From positions 62,001-126,000 of the forward strand of contig NIVC01001520.1 in NCBI GenBank assembly GCA_002269645.1: a stretch of DNA of 64,000 bases, given 5' to 3'. Under the pieces are notes generated by a model. The model was not told the DNA's origin, did not search any database, and worked only from the letters and a program-made list of their open reading frames with translations. This document shows, one piece after another, positions 41,767 to 53,900 of this stretch. Each line of letters begins with the position of its first letter. The stretch's first letter is position 1. Source of the DNA: Macrostomum lignano (lineage: Eukaryota). The position numbers were made by a program, and so were the translations under genes.

Positions 41767-44700
41767 TTAGGTGGGCGTGGCCACCTTCTCAGCTACGAGA
41801 TCCAGCAGTTTAGCAGTGCGCAGTCGCCAGTTGCTGGGCACTTTGCTAACGAGCACCACAGCTCGCCGTGCCTGGGCTCGGCCGCTTCGCACAGGGCGGC
41901 CACGCGTCTCTGCTGGTCCTCGGTGCCGTGCTGCAGTTCAAATCGGCGCCAGTTGGCCCAGGCGTCGCCGAAGTCGCTGTCCAGCTTCACAGCCCGCTGG
42001 AACCAATCTCGGGCTTTGTTAATCTGCCGCTCGCACCAGAACAGCCGGCCAACCGCCAGCAGCACGTGCGGATCGTGCTCGCATTTCTTAGTAGCGTCGA
42101 CCGATTTCGCTCTCCGCTGCGGCCTGGCCTCCATGAAGATGGCTTCAGCCCATAGCTGGCCGGCTGTGGGGCACTGCTGCAGAGCGCGGGACATTGTGGC
42201 CGCGGCCATCTGTGGCTGTCCGGACTTCAGTTCGGTGCGGACGGCTTCCAGCCAGAGCTGCGGCACGCGGGGATTGTTGACTCGGGCCCGTTCCAGGATA
42301 CTGCGCGCTCGGGTCGCCTGGCCCTAGTTCGTGTGTTTTCAAGGAAGGGGTTGAAAGTTTTTTCAGAAGAAAAAAATACTCGCTGCGGCTTACTCTTAGT
42401 AGATTAAGAGAAATAACATTTAAGGGGGAGAAAAGAGGGTGGATAATTGACAAAGAATTATTTTGAATGTAAGGAACTGGATTCCCAGCTAACTGAAATC
42501 TCTAAGGAACTGGATTCACAGCTAACTGGAATCTCTAAGGAACTGGATTCCCAGCTAACTGGAATCTCTAAGGAACTGGATTCACAGCTAACTGGAATCT
42601 CTAAGGAACTGGATTCCCAGCTAACTGGAATCTCTAAGGAACTGGATTCACAGCTAACTGGAATCTCTAAGGAACTGGATTCCCAGCTAACTGGTATCTC
42701 TAAGGAACTGGATTTCCAGCTAACTGGAATCTCTAAGGAACTGGATTTCCAGCTAACTGGAATCTCTAAGGAACTGGATTCCCAGCTAACTGGAATCTCT
42801 AAGGAACTGGATTTCCAGCTAACTGGTATCTCTAAGGAACTGGATTCCCAGCTAACTGGAATCTCTAAGGAACTGGATTTCCAGCTAACTGGAATCTCTA
42901 AGGAACTGGATTCCCAGCTAACTGGAATCTCTAAGAAACTGGATTTCCAGCTAACTGGAATCTCTAAGGAACTGGATTCCCAGCTAACTGGAATCTCTAA
43001 GGAACTGGATTCACAGCTAACTGGAATCTCTAAGGAACTGGATTCACAGCTAACTGGTATCTCTAAGGAACTGGATTCCCAGCTAACTGGAATCTCTAAG
43101 GAACTGGATTCCCAGCTAACTGGAATCTCTAAGGAACTGGATTCCCAGCTAACTGGAATCTCTAAGGAACTGGATTCACAGCTAACTGGAATCTACATGT
43201 ACGAAGGCCGATTAACATTGAAATCGAACAGGATTTCTTAAACCTAACGATAATAAAATAAAGTCGGGAGCTCACCTGGCCCATCTCCAGCCTAGCCAGC
43301 AGCAGCCAGAGCGGCACTGACTGACGGCATCGCTGAATGCCTTCATTATAAGCGGCCCGAGCGGCCTCAACGTTGCCCTCCTGTTCGGCAATCTGTCCCA
43401 GCATCATCCACATCTTGTCAAATTGCGGATAAGCGCGCAGGCCTTCGTTTAGAAGCGCTTTAGCCTGCTCCAGTTCGCCCAGACACCACTCCAGCCTAGC
43501 CGATTTCATCCACACCCTAGCCGTTGAGGCTTGATTTCGCGCCCGCAGCAGCAGCTTGCGCGCTCGTTCAAAATCGTTATTCTCGCTCTCCAGCCGAACG
43601 GCGGCTAGCCAGATCTCCTCGGAATTTGGATTGGCTTTGAACGCGTTGGCTAGAATATAGCGAGCTCCGGGTATGTCGTCGGCTAGCCACTTGGACTTGG
43701 CGCCCATCAACCAGAGAGCTTCGGCGGTAGGGCATTTACTAACAGCATTGACTAGCAGCGATTCCAGAGCCTCTCTGGTGCCGTGGTTCTTTTCAAAATG
43801 AGCCGCCGCCAGCCAGACAGACTTCTTAGCCGGGAAAGCGGCAATGAGTTTGGCGTACACAGCCCTGGCGCATTCGAACGCCTCTCTGGCTGTGAAGCCT
43901 TCCGCATCCGTTAGCCACTGTCGCTTCCTATCAGGCTCGTCAATGCCGTGGCCAACCACAGTGCGAACAATGGCCCTGGCCGTTTCCATGGAGCCGCTAG
44001 ATTCGCACTCTTCCGCATCTTTTAGCCACAAGTCGCGATTGATTTCAACGCCGGCCACCTGCAGTGCGGCCACGGCGCGATCGATAATTTTGCCAACCAT
44101 TGGCAGATTCTTGTGAGCCTCTTCTAGCTTGGCAGCGGTGATCCAGATCAGCCTGTCAGTCGGCACATTGTCTCTGGCCTGGTTCAGCACGCTTCTAGCC
44201 GTCTCGTAGGTCTCGAGTTTGGCCAGGGCTAGCCAGAGGTCCACACTAGTTGGACAGCATTCAACTGCACGGCGTAGCATCACCCGGGCGTCCTCGGGCT
44301 CTTCGAGTTCAACGGCCAGCTTCCACAGTCGAACAGAGCTGGGCACCTGTTCGAGTGCTTTGCGGAATACTCGACGCTTGCGCTTGGGCTCGGATTCCAG
44401 CTCGGCGGCGCGGACCCACAGCCGGACAGACTGGGGCAAATGATTGATGCCCTGGGCCACCACCGCTCTGGCTTGGTCAGCCGGGATCAGGCGGGACGCT
44501 TCCATCCAGATGTCCTCGGATCTGGGCGGCGGGTAAGAGGGGGTGACTTGGAGTTTTTGTTAATTAATAAGCCGCCACAGCTAGCAAGCCTAATTAAATA
44601 GAGAATGATACTCTCTTTCTCTTAGAGAGGCACTTATTGGACAGTTTGCCACCCATTGGACAGTTTGTCACCCATTGCACATTTTGTCACCCATTGCACC

Positions 44701-46316
44701 AGTTTGTCACCCATTGCACATTTTGTCACCCATTGCACCAGTTTGTCACCCATATTGCACAGTTTGTCACACACTGCACGGTTTGGCACCCATTGGACAG
44801 TTTGGCACTCATTGGACAGTTTGGCACTCATTGGACAGTTTGGCACTTATTGGACAGTTTGCCACCCATTGGACAGTTTGTCACCCATTGCACATTTTGT
44901 CACCCATTGCACCAGTTTGTCACACACTGCACAGTTTGGCACCCATTGGACAGTTTGGCACTCATTGGACAGTTTGGCACTTATTGGACAGTTTGCCACC
45001 CATTGGACAGTTTGTCACCCATTGCACATTTTGTCACCCATTGCACCAGTTTGTCACACACTACACAGTTTGGCACCCATTGGACAGTTTGGCACTCATT
45101 GGACAGTTTGGCACTCATTGGACAGTTTGTCACTCATTGGACAGTTTGGAACCCATTGGACAGTTTGGCACTCATTGGACAGTTTGGCACTCATTTCACA
45201 GTTTGGCACTCATTGGACAGTTTGGCACTCATTGGACCAGTTTGGCACTCATCGGACTCACTTAGCGCCTATTTGGTGCAAAAGTCAGTAGTAATGTCTG
45301 TCTCCTTTTCAATCCCAATCTCACCTGGGACACTCCTCAGCGCCGCGCATAATCAGATTCCTAGCCTCCTGCATCTTTCCAGTGAGCTCCTCCAGCCTAG
45401 CTGAGGCAATCCAAGCAGGCGGATGCTTCAAATTGCTTTCTCGCACAGATTTCAACAGCAGGCGGGCCTTTTTAACATCGTTAATATCGGCGCCGTGCTG
45501 CGGTATAACGGAATTGAGATCGGTCAGGTAGCCCATAGGGTCAACCACAGTCTGGCCAGTGACAGAGTCGGCAGCCTGAGTCAGTTTAATATCCATTAGC
45601 GAAGTCCGGGCCTGACCAATCTTTTTCATATCGATATCGGCGCCGCCGGCGCTGCTGGTGCTGGCGCCGCCCCATGGTGTTGCTATGCCGCCTTGCAGCT
45701 GCTCGCGCAGGTCCACCTGGGCGGTGGTCTGGCCGGCGGACAGGCCCTTAGCCAGCAGGCTGTCCGGCGCCGGGGTGAACTTCTCAGCTCGGGGATTTCT
45801 CTGCCGTTTATTCCGAGCATCGCCAACCTCCGGCAGCGACAGCCACTCGTCCTCGGACACCAGCGCCAGGTCGCGCTTTAAATCGACAAACTGTTGCTGA
45901 ATTTTCGGTCGCTCCTTGCGAAATTTTTCCATCTCTTCGCGAAACCGGCGCTCCCGGTGCTCCCTGCGGCGCTCGTCCATTCGATCGTCTACGCTCGAGT
46001 AGATCCGGTCCGCTTCCTCGTCGTCCTTCTCATACGGATCCCTGGTGCACAGGGAGCCGCCGTAGCCGCTGAACTCGTCGTAGTTGGCGTCGTTAAGATT
46101 CTCGTCTTCGCCTTTCTCGTCGTCGTCGTGCGCCGGCTTTTTAGGCGGCGGCATGTGCCGCTCGTCAGGGGCGTCGTCGGCCTCGCGGGCCGGCCCAATG
46201 TCCGACCGGGTGGTGAAGCCGGTGGCGCCGCGGCCAACTCCGGGCACGTAGCCGGGCGGCGCCGGCATGCCGATGAATTCGCGCCGCTTGCGCGACACCA
46301 AAGACTGGGGAGCGGA
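41767..46316 (-). CDS. PRPF6: Pre-mRNA processing factor 6 (U5-102K, HAT repeats); no genomic ATG at the predicted start and an apparent 1-nt frameshift near the C-terminus
   Basis: Exons 45325-46316, 43276-44521, 41767-42323, phases 2,0. Motifs [49 protein letters not shown] and EPRHGELWC. About 930 aa once the frameshift at about 41853 is corrected. Confidence 0.95.
42470..43195. repeat. 33-bp minisatellite (AAGGAACTGGATTCCCAGCTAACTGGAATCTCT)n, PRPF6 intron 2
   Basis: Direct reading. The period is a multiple of 3, hence the spurious 264-aa ORF. Confidence 0.97.
44636..45250. repeat. ~19-bp minisatellite (CCCATTGGACAGTTTGGCA and variants), PRPF6 intron 1
   Basis: Direct reading, mixed variant units. 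Confidence 0.94.
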
Positions 46317-46331
46317 CTGGAAGAGTTGGGG
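46317..46331 (-). promoter_or_regulatory. 3' splice acceptor (CCCCAACTCTTCCAG) at the PRPF6 5' end; candidate trans-splice site
   Basis: Pyrimidine tract plus CAG directly before TCC GCT CCC CAG TCT TTG GTG TCG CGC AAG, in phase 0 with the PRPF6 frame. No in-frame ATG back to the TAA at 46395-46397. Confidence 0.6.
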
Positions 46332-46509
46332 TCGGTGCGGTCTGGGCTGCGACTTTTGCGCTCGGATAGGATGCTGGTATATGCATGAGCTTCTTTATCA
46401 GCTAACATGAACTTCTGCATCACCTAATATGAGATTCTGTATGGTTCTGCAAACTGTTTTATCTCAAGGACCAGATAAAGAATTCAGATCATGGCTGTGA
46501 GCCAGATAA

Positions 46510-46690
46510 GAAAGGAAAGGCGAGAGAAATAGAAGATTAGAGATAAGAGACAGAGGAGAAGAGAGGAGATGGGAGATAGAATTAGAGAAGAGATAAGAGA
46601 GGAGGTGAGAGAAGGGAGAGGAAAGAGGAGAGGAGAGGAGAGGAGAGAAGAGGGGCGAGAGGAGAGTGAAGAGATGAGAGGAAAGAAGGA
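46510..46690. repeat. Purine-rich (GA/GGAGA) low-complexity tract between INTS2 and PRPF6
   Basis: Direct reading. Confidence 0.85.
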
Positions 46691-47344
46691 TTGCTATTGT
46701 GAAGTTTCGAAGGATCCGATGGTCTTCTATGAGCTTCTAAGGATGAGCTTCTAAAAACAATAAAGTGCACCTCCTGCCAGCCAAGAGTGGCCGCAAAGGG
46801 CTCACTCGGGATGTACAGTGACTCGCTCATCATCATCAGGTATGTACACTCCGCTTTCTGGGCTCGTGCAGTTCCAATGTGTGCATAACCAAGCTTTGAA
46901 TTACAGAATAGAAACTAATAACACCGCATCTATGAATATAACACAATCTAAAACCCTAACTGCCAGTGTCCAGTGGTTTAAACAAACAAAAAATAACAGA
47001 AAAGTCGGCGATGCTGCTTACAGTAGCATGATTGCAGCTGAGTGTATTTTTCTTCCTAAAGAAAAAATAAGAAACGATTTAACCACAAACTTTAGTATAT
47101 GAAGTAGCGCTGAACAGGTAAGTAATTTGATGTACGACAGTATGTGTTAGTACGGGCGGGTAATTGGCGACATCATGCTGTACACATATCGAGGATTAAT
47201 TCGCCCATGGCAACAGGTAACTGTAGTATGTGTTCAATTGATAATTTTGGCTATAAAATGCATTGAAAACTTACACTCGTACTAACAAGAGCAGAATTGT
47301 CAGTAAAGTATAAGATAAAGTAAACAGGGAGGGTAGGAGCAGTC

Positions 47345-47870
47345 TACTGAGGATCAGACAGAGGGCAGCAGCGGTCTACTGAGGATCAGGCAGAGGGCAG
47401 CAGCGGTCTACTGAGGATCAGACAGAGGGCAGCAGCGGTCTACTGAAGGATCAGAGGGTAGCAGCGATCTACTGAAGGGTCAGAGGGTAGCAGCGATCTA
47501 CTGAAGGGTCAGAGGGCAGCAGCGGTTTACTGAAGGATCAGAGGGCAGCAGCGGTCTACTGAAGGATCAGAGGGCAGCAGCGGTCTACTGAAGGATCAGA
47601 GGGCAGCAGCGGTCTACTGAAGGGTCAGAGGGCAGCAGCGGTTTACTGAAGGATCAGAGGGCAGCAGCGGTCTACTGAAGGATCAGAGGGCAGCAGCGGT
47701 CTACTGAAGGGTCAGAGGGCAGCAGCGGTCTACTGAAGAATCAGAGGGCAGCAGCGGTCTACTGAAGAATCAGAGGGCAGCAGCGATCAACTGAAGGATC
47801 AGAGGGCAGCAGCGGTCTACTGAAGAATCAGAGGGCAGCAGCGATCAACTGAAGGATCAGATGGCAGCAG
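47345..47870. repeat. 29-bp minisatellite (TCAGAGGGCAGCAGCGGTCTACTGAAGGA)n just downstream of the INTS2 stop
   Basis: Direct reading. Starts about 70 nt after the INTS2 stop, so it may lie in the 3' UTR. Confidence 0.95.
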
Positions 47871-47939
47871 CGGGCTACTGGAGAAACAGGGGGTGTGGCC
47901 TGTGCACGCCTGCCGTACTTCAGTCCCCGCAGATCAGTG

Positions 47940-50900
47940 TCACTCCGGTGAAAAGTACAGAGTCCTGGGCACCAGGGTTCGCCGTACAATAGCATCCAGG
48001 GTAGACTCGGCCAGAACATAGCACAGCTGATACCGCTGGGGCAGGGTCAGGCTCTGTAGATCGCGACGATAGCGAGCCACGGTTTCCGGGGGCAGTCGAA
48101 ATTCTACGGGCACCGGCGATTTCAGCGTTGCCAAGGTGACGCGACACTGGTACATTAGGCCGAGCAAGTATTGAGAAGCTGGCCTAGCCAGTTTGGGGAA
48201 CGCTTTGCACATGTTGAGCACCGCTGCCATGCATTGAATGGCAAAATCAGCCTTTTCATCCAACGAGTGAACCTGGGAATTGGCGATTGCAAAAGTATTG
48301 GTTGTGATATCGTGACACGATGAACTTTGCAATAGGTTGCATGCACTGAAGTGTTGACTCACAAGCAGTGGAGATTGTTATTGACCGGCTTAGAGATTTG
48401 TTTGGTTTTGTATTCAACCCCCACCCCATGCGCGCGATTGAATCTGTCTGCACCCACCACCTCATTACTAATCAAAATAAATATTGTCAGCCTAGCTCTC
48501 AAGCGAGCACTTTTTACTCCTGCAATTCCACACTTCTGCCTCGGTTAACAAAGTTATCACATTGGTGTAAAGAAGAAATTCTGTGGGCAGCTCATAGCTG
48601 GGGTGTGGCTGGTTTGGGTGGCCAGATCATGGAAGAGTAATAGCTGGTTTGGGTGGCCAGATCATGGAAGGGTCATAGCTGGTTTGAGTGGCCAGATCAT
48701 GGAAGAGTAATAGCTGGTTTGGGTGGCCAGATCATGGAAGAGTAATAGCTGGTTTGGGTGGCCAGATCATGGAAGGGTCATAGCTGGTTTGAGTGGCCAG
48801 ATCATGGAAGAGTAATAGCTGGTTTGAGTGGCCAGATCATGGAAGAGTCATAGCTGGTTTGGGTGGCCAGATCATGGAAGAGTAATAGCTGGTTTGGGTG
48901 GCCAGATCATGGAAGGGTCATAGCTGGTTTGAGTGGCCAGATCATGGAAGAGTAATAGCTGGTTTGGGTGGCCAGATCATGGAAGAGTAATAGCTGGTTT
49001 GGGTGGCCAGATCATGGAAGAATCATAGCTGGTTTGGGTGGCCAGATCATGGAAGAGTCATAGCTGGTTTGGGTGGCCAGATCAGGAAGGGTCATAGCTG
49101 GTTTGGGTGGCCAGATCATGGAAGAATCATAGCTGGTTTGGGTGGCCAGATCATGAAAGGGTCATAGCTGGTTTGGGTGGCCAGATCATGGAAGGGTCAT
49201 AGCTGGTTTGGGTGGCCAGATCATGAAAGGGTCATAGCTGGTTTGGGTGGCCAGATCATGGAAGAATCATAGCTGGTTTGAGTGGCCAGATCATGGAAGG
49301 GTCATAGCTGGTTTGGGTGGCCAGATCATGAAAGGGTCATAGCTGGTTTGGGTGGCCAGATCATGAAGGGTCATAGCTGGTTTGGGTGGCCAGATCAGGA
49401 AGGGTCATAGCTGGTTTGGGTGGCCAGATCATGGAAGAATCATAGCTGGTTTGGGTGGCCAGATCATGAAAGGGTCATAGCTGGTTTGGGTGGCCAGATC
49501 ATGGAAGGGTCATAGCTGGTTTGGGTGGCCAGATCATGAAAGGGTCATAGCTGGTTTGGGTGGCCAGATCATGGAAGAATCATAGCTGGTTTGAGTGGCC
49601 AGATCATGGAAGGGTCATAGCTGGTTTGGGTGGCCAGATCATGAAAGGGTCATAGCTGGTTTGGGTGGCCAGATCATGAAGGGTCATAGCTGGTTTGGGT
49701 GGCCAGATTATGAAGCAATTCATCTGTATTTACCTGATTAGACAGCACAGTAAGGCTCTCTAGTACGGTAGCCGCCTTATCCAGCGCAGCCTGAATTCTG
49801 TACTGGCCAGCCAGAAATCCCATTAGATTGATATTGAAAATCCTAGCAGCCGGATCGGCATTAAAAGCCAAATGGTCCAGTATGAAATCCAGGCAAATAT
49901 GCATGGATGGTATGGCGCAGGCGGTGAATGGAACCAGCCGGAGCGGATAGCACTGCCAGTGAACCACCTGGCACAGGGCTCGCTCCCGATCCGATATGAA
50001 CAACGAATGAACAAAGGTGGCCAGAATACGACGAACGTGTCTGGGCGAGTCCAGGCATCGCTCCAGCAGTAGCTGAACTGTGCAAGCGGCCTGAGTAGCT
50101 AGCAGGCTCCGACGGAGCGGCTGACAAGGCGAGCCTTTGTCCGGGTGCTGCTGCTGCAGCTGCTGTTGCTGAAGCATCTGCTGCTGGTGAAGCTGCTCCA
50201 CCTGATGCCGGCCATCTAGACAGGCCAGAGCAATCTGCCGCTCCCAGTAGGACTCGGAGGCGCGCAGTGATAGTTCAATGATTCGAAGGCAGAGCTCTAG
50301 CAGGGCCGGCTGGCGATAGGCGCAGTCTGGCAGTGCGGCGACAACCTGCGGGCCAGAGGCGTCTCAAAGTCACTTGCGTAGCCCCAGAGTCGGTGCATGT
50401 AACACAGATAAAATAGGAAAGAAAAGACTTTGGACGATTCTAAAACGACAAGGTGTCACGGAAAAAGCCGCCAAAAAGTCGGCAAAGAGTCGCTTAAGAG
50501 TCAATCTGAGGCGGTTTATTGTCTGCGACTCTGAAACGACTCTGGGTGCTGTAGAGTCGTATCGGAAACGGTTTATTGTCTGCGACTCTGAAATGACTCT
50601 GGCGCTTTAGATTTGTATCTGAGGCGGTTTATTGTCTGCGACTCTGAAACGACTCTGGCGCTGTAGAGACGTATCTGATGCGGTTTTATTGGAAAGCTAA
50701 GCGCTAACACAACGACTTTTGGGTGACTTTTTCGCTACTATTTTGCGATTCTACAACTCACGTGAATTTCATTTCAGTTGTTTGAGTCGTTAAAATTCGC
50801 AGAGTTGCCCCAAGAGTCACTAGTGAGGTATTTGCAATGACTCTTTAGCGATTTTGGTCACGTTAAAGTTTTCAACGGGATAGACAATAAAGCCAATCAA

Positions 50901-53900
50901 GCTGACGTTCTGTAAGCCTTAGATGACTGATGACGCATCGGGGGCTGAGACCTCAGCCGTAAACACGTTTGATCATTGGTTCGATTCCGTGCGCGGCCAC
51001 ATTCATTTGGGGCCCGTGTGCACGAAAATTAGCCTGGGGTTGTTCGTGCGATTCACAGCCATGATGGCCAACCCCCAAGGCACAGAGTGTGTACATTGCC
51101 TTGCGATTAGAAAGTCATGAGTGCGTGCCTGAGTACAGTATTGGCGCGCTTGCATGTGCTCAGGAGTCAGCGGAATGGGCAGAATTGCCTCAGCGCTGGT
51201 TGTATGACGATGTCGCCGAAATGGTTGCGCCAGGATTCCTCTAATCCACCTGAGAATATTTATTCATTTTTATACACATGTGACTGACTCAGCAACCTTT
51301 CAGTCCTACCTGTTCAACAGGATCTTTCTCGATGGTCTCCTCGCTGAGGGACACGCCACGCAGGGCTGACAGCGTAGCCAAAGCCAGCCGACGCGGCATC
51401 AGCTGGTAGAGCCGCAGCCACAGCGGTTTTAGCCGCTCCTGCACCAGCTGACTAGCCGGCCCGTCCAATCCGGTTGAAGCCTTAAGCAGCCGGACCAGCC
51501 AATCAGCGTAGGGTATCAGACAGTCGGCCTTGCGATTGGCTAGCCAGTTTAGCCGGGTCATAATCCCGGCCAGGGCGTGTCCACCGGAGGCCAGCTCGGC
51601 GGCGCTGCAGCCGACAAAATCTGTTGGACGAGGCGGCGGCGAGCCAGGCGGCGGCAGCAGCTGGACTGGGCGAAGGTCGTCCGGGCAGCTGTCCTGAGAC
51701 AGGGCCAGCTCGTCCTGCGGGCAGTGAATAGATATTCTATATCAATATATTGTGCTTAGACTGCAATACCAATATCAGTATAGTACCGAATGACCGGAAG
51801 GGGCAGTCACCGAATGACCGGATGGGGGCAGTCACCGAATGACAAGATGGGGGCAGTCACCGAATGACCGGATGGGGGCAGTCACCGAATGACCGGATGG
51901 GGGCAGTCACCGTATGACTGAAAGGGGTCAGTCACCGAATGACCGGAAGGGGGCAGTCACCGAATGACTGAAAGGGGGCAGTCACCGAATGACCGGATGG
52001 GGGCAGTCACCGAATGACCGGATGGGGGCAGTCACCGAATGACCGGATGGGGGCAGTCACCGAATGACCGGATGGGGGCAGTCACTGAATGACAAGATGG
52101 GGGCAGTCACCGAATGACAAGATGGGGGCAGTCACCGAATGACAAGATGGGGGCAGTCACCGAATGACCGGATGGGGGCAGTCACCGAATGACCGGAAGG
52201 GGGCAGTCACCGAATGACCGGATGGGGGCAGTCACCGAATGACCGGATGGGGGCAGTCACCGAATGACCGGATGGGGGCAGTCACCGAATGACCGGATGG
52301 GGGCAGTCACCGAATGACCGGATGGGGGCAGTCACCGAATGACCGGATGGGGGCAGTCACCGAATGACCGGATGGGGGCAGTCACCGAATGACCGGATGG
52401 GGGCAGTCACCGAATGACCGGATGGGGGCAGTCACCGAATGACCGGATGGGGGCAGTCACCGAATGACGGGAAGGGGTAACGGTGCTACCAAAGGACTAG
52501 GGGTATATTCAGTATTACTCAGCGCATTACCTGAATAGGCAGTTCAGTTAGCAGCAGATGCGGCATACGCAGAACAAGCAGCCGCACCAGCAGCGGATAG
52601 AGCACCCTATAGTGTTCGGGCCTTCGCTGGCAATGCCTGACCAGATAACCGACAGGAATTCGCGACAGCAGATTGCTATCGTAGCGATGCACAGATCGGC
52701 CTGACCGAGAGATCTCTAGCCTAGAATCGAACAGGCAATCAACGTAGCACAGTACATAGTACAGCATCAATAGTTGCGGAGTTAAATCTCGTTCAATAGT
52801 AGACATTTCGAGCTCGTTCTCGCCTTCGTTGTCAAAGCAACGAAGGGGCGCGCAGGCGGCTGCCGGACCGCAGGCGGAGGGCGTGTAGAATGCTAGAATA
52901 TCGGTCTGCCTGATGACCTCGTAGGCTGGGGCGCTCCATTTGTCGTGCGGTTGTACGAGAGATTTGGCGAACGCCTCGATTAGGATTGGCATGACCGTGT
53001 TGAGCGGAGCGCGGCACTCTTTGATCTGGCGCAGCACCCAGCCAGTGACGTCAGCCTAGGAATGCAACGAAGCGAAGTCTTTGAAGTCGATAAATAAGCA
53101 CTCCAAAATCTCACCAAACTAAGCACTCAATCGATATCTCACCAAACTAAGCACTCAATCGATATCTCACCAAACTAAGCACTCAATCGATATCTCACCA
53201 AACTAAGCTCTCAATCGATATCTCACCAAAATAAGCACTCTCAATACAGATCCCACCAAACTAAGCACTCTCAATCGAAATCTCAACAAACTAAGCACTC
53301 TCAATCGAAATCTCACCAAACTAAGGTCGCCATTAAAAATCTCACACATCAGATTTTATTCCCTAGTTTAAAAGGCCTATAAGTTTAATACCATGAACAC
53401 AGAGCAAAAATTTACCTTATACTTAGCAAACGAACGCATCTGCAGCAGCTGTAGCACGCAATGCGCAGGCAGATGACCTTCAGTTGTTGACGTCAGGCCG
53501 GGCGTCACTTCAACTCGAACAGCGTGCGCTGCGGCGGCCGGCTCGGGCAGCAGGTCAGTAAGGAACACTTTCACGAGAGACGGCGCCAGCTGTACAAGAT
53601 GATGCTGCTGCTGCTGTTGAAGCTGTTGATGAGTAGAGGGCAGATGCGGCTGCTGCTGCTGTGCGGCTCGTTTGGCAGCCTGACGAAGGCCCAGTAGGCC
53701 GTCTAGAAATTCGCAGGCCTGGCCCTGCTGTCTGGAGTGCAGATGGCTGGCGCAGAGGAGCAGCACCTCCTGTTTGGTTTATAACAAATAGGTAGCCGAT
53801 TAACTTCAATGACACATTCATTTGGGGCTCTTGGCCCCTCGTTTCTTAGTAAAACATTTTGGGGGGGGGTTGGGCTTGAGCTAATATGCATTATAAAAGT

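Noticed and set aside
42447-43241. 264-aa ORF resembling an 11-mer amphipathic repeat protein
   Set aside because: It lies antisense within PRPF6 intron 2 and consists wholly of the 33-bp array.
41671-46388. Plus-strand ORFs overlapping PRPF6, and similar antisense ORFs over XPR1, INTS2 and Y-box
   Set aside because: They are antisense shadows of GC-rich coding exons with no recognisable motifs.
45989-46423. Upstream ATG ORFs (46423, 46386) as the PRPF6 start
   Set aside because: Both are out of frame with the conserved PRPF6 sequence and would need a frameshift for which I see no evidence.
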